From NCBI RefSeq assembly GCF_000485595.1, contig NW_014577088.1, forward strand, positions 489,249 to 513,300: a stretch of DNA of 24,052 bases. The letters run 5' to 3'. This DNA is from Priapulus caudatus (lineage: Eukaryota). The position numbers were made by a program, and so were the translations under genes. Each line of letters begins with the position of its first letter. Positions within the stretch are counted from its first letter, which is position 1. The notes under the pieces were generated by a model. That model made no database searches and was not told the origin of the DNA. It saw only the letters and a list, made by a program, of their open reading frames with translations. Below, piece by piece: positions 12,287 to 20,763 of the stretch.

Positions 12287-12857
12287 GGCTAACGCTCCAT
12301 TAGGAGTGTTCCCAACTTTGATATCATTAATGATTAATGATTAATGATTAAAGTAACTACGTCACGAATTTTCTATGGTAAAATTTGGAATATTTTTGTT
12401 GCCATTTTTTTACATTAAAAGTAAAAACTAACGGGACTAAACGTATCGTCAAAATTCTTACCTGATAAGATTGTTTCTCAACTAGCTAAAAATCTAAAAA
12501 ACCTGGACGATTTGATATTAGTGTTCATAACATTAATTGCTTGCTATGGGCTATGTATGAGTCACGAGTGTATGTTTACATCGAACAATATAGTAAAATA
12601 AGAGGTATAGTGCAGCAATTTAACCATAAAAAGTGAACAAAATCACAAATTATTTCGTGAAAAAGAAATTTTTTTTTTTACCATTTACGGTGACGTAATC
12701 ACTTTAATGATTAATAATCTTAACCCTAACCTAAACCCTAACCCTAACCCTAACCTAAATGACATTAAACCACAAACTAATATATGACCATGACCATATA
12801 TATATCTAATGGCATTAATGACATTAAAGTTGGAAACACTCCTAATGGAGTATCACC
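12287..12857. mobile_element. Nested MITE with long imperfect TIRs and internal telomere-like repeats (Mutator-like inferred)
   Basis: Left CTCCATTAGGAGTGTTCCCAACTTTGATATCATTAATG versus reverse complement of right CTCCATTAGGAGTGTTTCCAACTTTAATGTCATTAATG. A second inverted block lies at ~12340-12366 / ~12688-12716. Flanks CCTTTTTTT (12278-12286) and CCTTTTTT (12859-12866) form a candidate 8-9 bp TSD. Exact ends are uncertain by 1-2 bp. Confidence 0.8.
12721..12759. repeat. Interstitial telomere-like (CCCTAA/CCTAA)n inside MITE arm
   Basis: TAACCCTAACCTAAACCCTAACCCTAACCCTAACCTAAA. Confidence 0.9.
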
Positions 12858-13908
12858 ACCTTTTTTGGAGACACAGGTGCCTTATCACTCCAATTTAATA
12901 CACTGTAAATGCCAATGTTAAAAATCAAATAGAATTGTTATTGTTGCAATTACACATAAATACTGTATATATATTGTTTATATCTCCATGGATACACATC
13001 AGCATATGGAAGAGTCTGTAGAATGATGAACATTCGAACCAGGGGAACCATACCGTATGAAAAACATTTGGGAATTTTCTTTAGAAAATAAGAACCTATT
13101 TAAGAACCTAAATAGCCTCAATTTGTGCTAAGTACCATTTATGTAAGAACCTGTTTAGGCTAACTTGGGAAAATTCAGGTTCTTACTCGCTGGTTTTTAC
13201 TGTAGGCCTATATATCGCGTTATATTCGTAAATGTTAGTGCTACGTGTTGTAAACTGTGAACTCAATTAAATGCACGCACCTATATACGATGTGCCCCGA
13301 GTTACGTGTTTTGAACGGTAAGTTCGATTATTAAATGTGCTTAGCCACGATGTTACTTTCTGCATGTTACTTGAGCGGTAAACAGGTTGATCTGGTGAAG
13401 GCTTCCACGATTATATTCCGCATTTCGCATCAATGGCCGCGTCTACATTCCGCAATATATGGAGAATTACCTGGCAGCTCGGTTTATTAGATTGAGTAGA
13501 GAAAGCACATGGTATGCACACCCAAGGGAAATTCATACAATAATTGACATCACATGTACTTGCTACTTATGTTTTAGGAATAACGTTCTTTTTTAGTTAT
13601 AGTAGGTAGCATTCAAAGAGTAGAAGTAATTATTGTTCGAAGAATTCGGGGCAGGAAATCTATACTCGGTTGCTGGCGTCATATCGGTTGAATGACATAG
13701 ACTAACAATTATGTAAGCACGAACAATTTGCATAAAAGAAGTATACAGAGATGTTGTTTCTATGTCAAGACACGAACTTTAAACGTGCGCCGTCACAAAC
13801 ATAATGTGGATATAATTCAGAATGAAAAGGACCCGATACATTTTTAGACTTGGGAAATTGATGGATCTGATTTTTTACATTTTCATTTGCCCATATACTC
13901 TTTTTCCA

Positions 13909-14235
13909 TCCTTCTTCGTCTTCTCCTCCTCCTCCTCCTCCTCTTCCTGCCTCTCCGGCCCTCCTCCTCCTCCTCCTCCTCTTCCTCTCCTTCCTCCTCC
14001 TCACTCCTCCTCCCTCCTTGCTTCCTCCTCCTCCTCCTCCTTGGCCTCCTGCTCCTCCTCCTCCTCCTCCTGCCTCCCCTTCCTCCTCCTTCTCCTCCTC
14101 CTCCTCCTCTTCCTCCTCCTCCTCCTCCTTCCTCTCCTCCTCTCTCCTCCTCCTCCTCCTTCTCCTCCTCCTCCTCCTCCTCCTTCTCCTCCTCCTCCTC
14201 CTCCTCCTGCTTCTTCCTCCCCCTCCTCCTCTTCC
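13909..14235. repeat. (CCT)n imperfect trinucleotide microsatellite / polypyrimidine tract
   Basis: About 330 bp that is almost entirely C/T; it is the source of the poly-S/P/L/E/G/R ORFs in the track. Confidence 0.97.
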
Positions 14236-14316
14236 GCCACAATCCTTCTACTCCCTCTTCAGTCTTCACCCTCTCGTTCTCTTCGTGCACTGGTCAGGTG
14301 TGCACTCGTCAATTAC

Positions 14317-14589
14317 GCTGAGAGGGTCTATGTCCCCCAGGGTACTGCCGGAACGCTACAGGAACGTACGCGTCCGGATATACCGGAACGTACCTGGCAC
14401 TATCTAATATGCCGGACCGTACTCGCCTACTCACTAACGAGTCTAGGGAGTCGCCTACGCCTACTCCCCAACCCTAACCCTAACCCTAACCCTAACCATA
14501 TCAAATAGTTACCAGGGTACGTTCCGGTATAACGGACCGGACCCAGGGTACGTTCCGGCAGTACCCTGGGGGACATAGACCCTATGAGC
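14317..14589. mobile_element. 273-bp MITE with ~90-bp imperfect TIRs, 9-bp TSD and internal (CCCTAA)n (Mutator-like inferred)
   Basis: 33-bp perfect inverted match AGGGTCTATGTCCCCCAGGGTACTGCCGGAACG (14323-14355 vs 14551-14583), extending imperfectly outwards and inwards with CCGGAACGTACC sub-repeats. GTCAATTAC is duplicated at 14308-14316 and 14590-14598. (AACCCT)4 at 14470-14497. Confidence 0.9.
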
Positions 14590-14969
14590 GTCAATTACAA
14601 CCAGTGTTGTGACCACAGAAAAAAAACATTAGAAGCTCGCGTTTGTCACACTCAGCCTCAATCCATTACATATTCCGTAATACACGGATGTACGGTAGAG
14701 GTAACGGTGCGCAGATATAATAGTCAGTGGCTACTCGCTCGTCTGATTAATAAAGAAACAGAGCAATATTATTATTATGCTCTTGTTATTATATATTCAA
14801 TCCGAACTGTACCACCTGCAGTGCACGTATATGTACAGACATGAGCGAATAACGTTAATAATATGCTTGGCCGTGTGCCACCGATAACTGACAGAAAGAC
14901 CTAGAATCCGGCAGAATAAAATCGATGGCTATATAGCCCAGCATATGCGTCTTGTTTTATTACTATTGT

Positions 14970-15009
14970 CAGGAGCGTATTAAGAAGGTGGCTTCTTTAT
15001 ACGCTCTTG
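14970..15009. mobile_element. 40-bp hairpin mini-MITE, second copy of the 11469 family
   Basis: CAGGAGCGTATTAAGAAG-GTGG-CTTCTTTATACGCTCTTG; 35/40 identical to 11469-11508. Flanks CTATTGT / CTAGTAT match 5/7 (eroded TSD). Confidence 0.78.
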
Positions 15010-15861
15010 CTAGTATGCATCTATAGAGGTAGTTGTAGGATTAAGACCTATATAGCGCAACAAGCTCGATCAAGCCGTACAAATTACACATATAGAAATC
15101 AATGCACGCAAACCTAAATAAACGCCTTCTCAAGGAATACCTGCGAGCACATCGAGTGATTGCTGATAGTGGCGAACGAACTGATTATGATCCTATTGCT
15201 GACTATATAGTCTGCACATAGGGATCGCTATCAAAGGGAAAGCATCTCCCGCAAAGAGTTCAACGGCCTTGAAATCAGCTCCCACATACGACGGCTGCAG
15301 ACAAGTTCACCGAATGTTGACACACATTTCTGACCTAATTTCCCCGGAGCGCTGTCGTCATCGACCGCGAGTGGATATCATGTGCCCTTTCCAAGGAAAA
15401 CACTATCGCCATGTTGCAGCGGGAACTATACAACGTGTCGAAAACGCAAGTGCGAAAAATTACTTACTGCGAGAAACAAATGCAAAGATTATTACGTTGT
15501 CATTGTTAGTATGAGATCTGTTACATTATTCTTGCGAAATTTTCCTTGTATCGGATGCCGTTTTATTTTCCATGCATGTAAATATTCATTACCTGGCGTA
15601 TATATATAATCAGTTCGATTCATGTTTATTTTATATCATATTATTAAAAATCGGATTAAATTATACCATGAATCGTATCGCCTGCAAAGGTAAGAATGGA
15701 AATCATACAAAAACTACACCGATTGTAACTGCATTATGCATCCACCTTCAAAGTGTATTAATTAGAATCGCCTTTAGTTGGATGCCGTAACGTTCGAAAT
15801 TATAAATTTGGCGAAGTGTAGCTATATGGCAAATGACGTGATTGCAATTGACGTGAGGAAA

Positions 15862-15863
<2 letters not shown>

Positions 15864-15893
<30 letters not shown>
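15864..15893. repeat. (AT)n microsatellite
   Basis: About 15 perfect AT units. Confidence 0.97.
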
Positions 15894-15895
<2 letters not shown>

Positions 15896-17073
15896 TGGAA
15901 TAATTAAAACGAACACGTAGTTTTACGACTTTTTAATGTTGTAGCTATAATAGCCAATGGCGAAATAATGGTAGCATTTATCTAACTTTTCTGTGATCTT
16001 AATTTAAAAAAGAGAATATACACTATTTAAACAAAATTATGAGATTTTGTTTCGTCTTATAGCCAAATTATTGCCTTATACCCATATTTTGCCGTTCGAT
16101 TCGATGCAAACGAATATTCGTGACTCAACGCATTTTTCAGTATTGACGCGTACCAAAATTGCAAATCGCTTGATACTGTTTTAGATTTATATAACTACTC
16201 CAAATACGCTTTCCTCCTGTGAGTGTTTTTAATATTTAGTTTGCAAACAACTCTTCTCTTCTTCTGAATTTACTTAAAATTAAAAATTAAAAATATATAA
16301 TTTATAGTACTGTGTCGTTTTATATGCCTACTGTGTTACTGTACTACAACAGTATTGTAAATTGCATGTACTTTATTTGGTTTAAAACTGTAATATAAAA
16401 GGCTAAACACCCTTAATGTATTTACAACACTCTTTTTGCTCATCTCCTAAACCCAGTAGATTGGGAGGTGTTGAATCCTCGAGAGTGTATAATGAGTCCA
16501 TGCGGGTCGTAGACTTCTCCCGTTGAAAAATACGATCAACGAATTATTGTACAGTGACGACACCTACAGGAACAGGCCTGCGTTAAACAATACGCCGGAT
16601 CATAGCTCCTATCCGGATATATTCCAAATGTCAATTTATTTTCTCCGAAAGGTGGCGCTCGTGTTCATGCGCGCTCAAGAAAATATCCAAATCCGAGATC
16701 GCTATGTCCATGCCTCTATTATCACCTATTATTTCTTCCATAAGGTATCCGAGCTCAGCTTTAACTATATAAGTTTAATCAGATAAGGCACATTATATCT
16801 ATTAAGCCGAGATAAATCAAACAATAAGTAAATGTGAACTTTCTACGTATATATGCACGATTTCTGTCACACAACCCGTGAATATCTAATCTCTAGGCTC
16901 TAATATCTATCTCTAGGCTAATATAATGATTAGGTATTTTCATATCAAACGACTAGCGAATATGTTCCCTCTACTATAATGGTGTGATTTCAACCACATT
17001 GAGCGCGTTATAATTATGTAAACGATAGTTAGATTTTTTTTTATGTCCCACAAACTGTGAGTATGTATGTTAT

Positions 17074-17134
17074 CAGGAGTAAGATAATATATAGGAACCT
17101 AATTAATATAGGATCCTATATTATCTTACTCCTG
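17074..17134. mobile_element. 61-bp hairpin mini-MITE with 7-bp TSD
   Basis: Perfect 18-bp TIR CAGGAGTAAGATAATATA / TATATTATCTTACTCCTG, extending further with one TA indel. ATGTTAT is duplicated at 17067-17073 and 17135-17141. The ends resemble those of 6565-6619. Confidence 0.85.
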
Positions 17135-17517
17135 ATGTTATCTGGTCTTTAATTATATATTTTCTAAATAAACGTGGTAGACATTTTTTCGTATGGCACG
17201 ACACGCGAATGTCTGATTTAATCTGTAATTTCAACGCAGATCGGCGACCTATATTAAATCCTGAACGCCGCATTACGACATTAACTCCAATATGCTAAAG
17301 TATTTAGAAGCGGTGCGCCTTTTTATTTTATTATTTTATCACTGCAGTTAAACTTTTGTACGGACCCTTGTTGTCAATGATTGAATATTGCTTTCACGTA
17401 TGGGCTATATTTCGCAATTTACACATTAATTAGTTCCACATTTTATTCAAACGTCTATGCATATTTTGAATAGAGTCTCAAAAACATCTTTAGAATAGAG
17501 TACACTGCTAACATCAT

Positions 17518-17550
17518 AAATAATAATAATAATAATAATTATAATAATAA
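17518..17550. repeat. (TAA)n microsatellite, 5' flank and likely target of the R4/Dong element
   Basis: About 11 TAA units immediately upstream of the element. Confidence 0.93.
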
Positions 17551-19860
17551 AGGTCCTGGGTAGACTTTACACTGCATCCGGTTGTGGAGTTTCAAGAATG
17601 AGCTTACTCTTTGCCACAACTACCTCCATGTCACCCCTGAGCGTACGTACCAAGGTGTAGTATTTGTTAGCTCCCCCGAGACCTTGAAGTATCGGGTTGG
17701 CGTCTGGCGGGGCAAGTCTGTATCATAGGTAAGAGGGACTCTTTAGCCTTGGTCGGTAACCCCCCCTGGAGATGGTGTCTTGATAAAAAATACCGCTCTC
17801 TGGACTCTGGAGGAGCTCCCGATAACTGCGTCATTATGGGCCACCGACGTATGGACGTGCCATGATGTCCAGGAAATCTTTCGCCAACTATGGGTTAAAT
17901 AGTAAATATCATTCAATGATAGATAAGCCAATACGGAAGTCATACCGCATCGCTCGTCGCGCTAGTCAACAAGAAGCGCGTCCCTCCGTGATAGCCAACA
18001 ATTGGTTATTGAGTCGGCAAACGTTAACAGCCAAGCTTCCAATAGCAACCAGACCGAGGTCCGATCTCAAGTTGGCCTAACTGAAGCAGCACCAACACCG
18101 CTAGCACAGTGCACCAACCCAGAAATAACCAACAGAAAAACAAGAAACCACTGGGCGAAGGATCAATACAATGATGTCATGTGGTTCTATTATTTGGCCC
18201 AAGAGAACAACATTGACGGCGGGGTAGTAAAAGACACATACACGGTCTGGCGTGGCAGGAATCCAAACATCTTTCCAGCCACCGATACAAATACTTATGC
18301 TAACACCAGGAGGTGGATTATAAAGAACGAGAAGCTCACCAACACTGAGATTGAGCCGATAGTTGTAGATGTCCGTAAGCAAAATAATACATTGCAATCA
18401 ACACCTATCCCCTCTGAACAACCTGAAGACTTACAACCCCAGGACCCAGAGGCTGAACCAACACTACAGCATACGGATACTTATAAAGTTGAATTAGTAA
18501 TGGATATGGAAAATCAAATCTCTACCAAGCTGCTTAAAATTCAGGCAATCCAGCTGGATCAACGCATAAGCCTGAAAAAGGTCCGACTCAACAAGACGAT
18601 ACGCAACTATATTCAAGCTGCAATTTAGGCCCTCACTAATATCATCAAAGATTAATAATTAATGTACGTAATTACTGCTGTTATTGCTGGAGAGACAAAA
18701 GAATGAGTCATGACGCCTACAGAGGAACCAGCATCGAAGAAGAAGAAAGTTAGGACCAAAATCAAAATCAAATTAGTCACATAATCAACTATTCAAATAA
18801 TAGCCCTAAGTGGTTGATATCAGGAATCACATTCTCTCTTTCAAAAAAGCAAGGACACAAAAGAACCAAAGAACTATCGACCAATCCCTTGCCTGCTTAC
18901 CACCTACAAGATTCTCACTGCTGCTATCACCAATCGCCTCTACAATCACTTACAGAAGCGCAGCATCCTCCCAGATGAGCGGAATGGCTGTCGAACAGAG
19001 TCCATATTGTGCAAAGACTAACTACTCATCAGTAACATGATTGTGAGCATGGCAACAAAGCTTTAGTTTAGAGGAACCTAAGAATGGTGTGAATTTATTA
19101 TATAAAAGCCTTTGACAGTAACCACATTCCTGGATTCTTGCAGCCATGAAAATCTAACGTGTGTTCCCAACCATCATTCAGTTTATGGAAGCAACAATGA
19201 AGGAATGGAAGACTGAAATCGGCCTCTTCTCTCAAGGAGGCTGCGTCAAGACATTTCAATCAAGAGAGGAATCTTTCAGGGTGACTCGCTCACTGCCCTG
19301 CTATTCCGCTTAGCACTAACACCGCTTATCACTTGCAGTCGATAAACACAACACCATCAGTCACCTGCTCTACATGGATGATCTTAAACTGATCGCCAAG
19401 AATGAATAAGATCGAGAGCAGGCCTTGGTAACAGTGAAATCATTCAGTAATGACATCAACATGGAGTTTAGCTTGGACGAGTGCGCAACCGCAATCTTAA
19501 AAGGTGGTAAACTAGTGAAAAGTCGAAATATATCCAGCTTGATAACAAAACAGTGCTCCAAGAAGTCTGAACCACGACGATACCTCGATGACGTGACGGA
19601 CGAAAGTGATGGTATTCAGCATGCGAAGGTAACGGAGAACATTACTGCCGGTGGTGGTCGGAGCCATTAGCTCTATAAAGAATGGTAGTGAGAAGAACTT
19701 TAAGGGACTCCCTGGCCACACACTGCACGAGAAGTGCAAAAAAATTGCATTACTAGGAACAGCACACATCCTGTGGAAAATTCTGGATTGAATCCCTATG
19801 TACCAGGTTGGTACACGGCCAACCAAGAAGCCACCGCCTATTGCCGTGATCCACTTTGGA
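17551..19860 (+). mobile_element. Decayed, internally deleted R4/Dong-clade non-LTR retrotransposon retaining both ends
   Basis: N-terminal block RNHWAKDQYNDVMWFYYLA...WRGRNP...ANTRRWIIKNEKLTNTEIE is typical of R4/Dong N-termini. RT motifs: NYRPI (18872-18886), KAFDS (19105-19119), HSWI, KRGIFQGDSL (19262-19291), HLLYMDDLKL (YMDD 19371-19382), FSNDINMEFSLDECA. C-terminus QKIALLGTAHILWKILD*. Flanked by (TAA)n, the known target type of Dong-group elements. Confidence 0.9.
17862..19791 (+). pseudogene. Disrupted R4/Dong single ORF (N-terminal domain + RT + extreme C-terminus)
   Basis: Many stops and frameshifts. Track ORFs 18002..18628 and 19425..19670 are in-frame pieces. Large deletions are inferred near ~18780 and ~19650, since no CCHC knuckle or PD..D nuclease motif is seen. 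Start position is approximate; terminal TGA at 19789-19791. Confidence 0.85.
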
Positions 19861-19877
19861 AACAACAACAATAATAA

Positions 19878-20372
19878 CTAGAGCACTCGGAGAGCACAGA
19901 CCTCCGCCAAGGCAGCTCAATTCTCTCACTGTGAAAAATTTAATTAATTAATTAATTAATTAAATATATAATTGGATCCGGATCACCACCAAAATGTAAT
20001 CAATTCTAAGTTACCCCATTTCTGACCTATCCTGAAAATTTAATTAATTAATTAATTAATTGGATCCGGATCACCACCAAAATGTAATGTTACCCCATTT
20101 CTGACCCATCCTGAAAATTTAATTAATTAATTGGATCCGGATCACCACCAAAATGTAATGTTACCCCATTTCTGACCTATCCTAAAAATTTAATTAATTA
20201 ATTGGATCCGGATCACCACCAAAATCTCATCAATTCTAAGTTAGGCGATTTCTGACTTATCCTAAAAATTTTATGACAATCCGTCCATAACGTTTTCAGT
20301 TAGGCTATACACGCACACACCAACAAACACACGCCGGTGAAAACATAACCTCCTGCCAATCCCTTGGCGGAA

Positions 20373-20375
<3 letters not shown>
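19878..20375 (-). mobile_element. Non-autonomous Helentron/HINE (DINE-1/pearl-like) element with internal tandem array
   Basis: Subterminal inverted repeat ACCTCCGCCAAGG (19900-19912) / CCTTGGCGGAAGT (20362-20374), 12/13. Hairpin ACCTCCTGCCAA-TCCC-TTGGCGGAAGT at one end. Short CA/CAAA microsatellite at ~20308-20331. Degenerate stem-loop and terminal CTAG at the other end. Inserted in T-rich context on the minus strand with no evident TSD. Confidence 0.8.
19936..20270. repeat. Four-copy tandem array (periods 88, 71, 71 bp) inside the HINE
   Basis: GGATCCGGATCACCACCAAAAT at 19974, 20062, 20133 and 20204. Units differ in (TTAA)n copy number and in a CAATTCTAA indel. Confidence 0.95.

Positions 20376-20410
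<35 letters not shown>
20374..20410. repeat. (TAA)n microsatellite, continuation of the R4/Dong 3' flank
   Basis: About 12 perfect TAA units. Confidence 0.95.
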
Positions 20411-20471
20411 TATAATGATAATATCAATATGATAGAATATGAATAATACTGATATGATCGAGCATCACCAT

Positions 20472-20524
20472 GCACACGATCACGCACACACACGCACACA
20501 CACGCACACACACGCACACACACG

Positions 20525-20557
<33 letters not shown>

Positions 20558-20613
20558 GCGCAGTCACACGCGCAGTCACACAGACAGACCGACCGACAGA
20601 CAGACAAACACCC

Positions 20614-20690
<77 letters not shown>

Positions 20691-20704
20691 GCACGCACGC
20701 ACTA

Positions 20705-20736
<32 letters not shown>

Positions 20737-20763
20737 CACCCACACACACACACACATACACAC
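20472..20763. repeat. Compound (CA)n/(CACG)n/(GACA)n microsatellite
   Basis: Directly visible; source of the HT and CV repeat ORFs. Confidence 0.97.

Larger units (their letters stand above)
12091..13202. mobile_element. Tc1/mariner (pogo/Tigger-type) non-autonomous element carrying a nested MITE
   Basis: TIR CAGTAAAAACCCGCGAGTGAGAACCT versus reverse complement of right end CAGTAAAAACCAGCGAGTAAGAACCT (24/26). TA on both flanks (12089-12090, 13203-13204). Subterminal AAGAACCT motif repeated at both ends (~12110-12205, ~13090-13185). No transposase ORF. Confidence 0.88.

Noticed and set aside
13765..14508. Several 79-228 aa ORFs (poly-S/P/L/E/G/R)
   Set aside because: They are open on both strands only because (CCT)n lacks stop codons, and the longest runs on into a MITE.
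4279..17517. Shared 15-mer CACTGCTAACATCAT at ~4279 and ~17503
   Set aside because: One 15-bp match within 24 kb is plausible by chance, and the flanks do not extend.
19936..20270. CRISPR-like appearance of regularly spaced palindromic repeats
   Set aside because: The intervening sequence is also repeated (no unique spacers), the context is eukaryotic, and no cas-like ORF is present. It is a tandem array inside a HINE.
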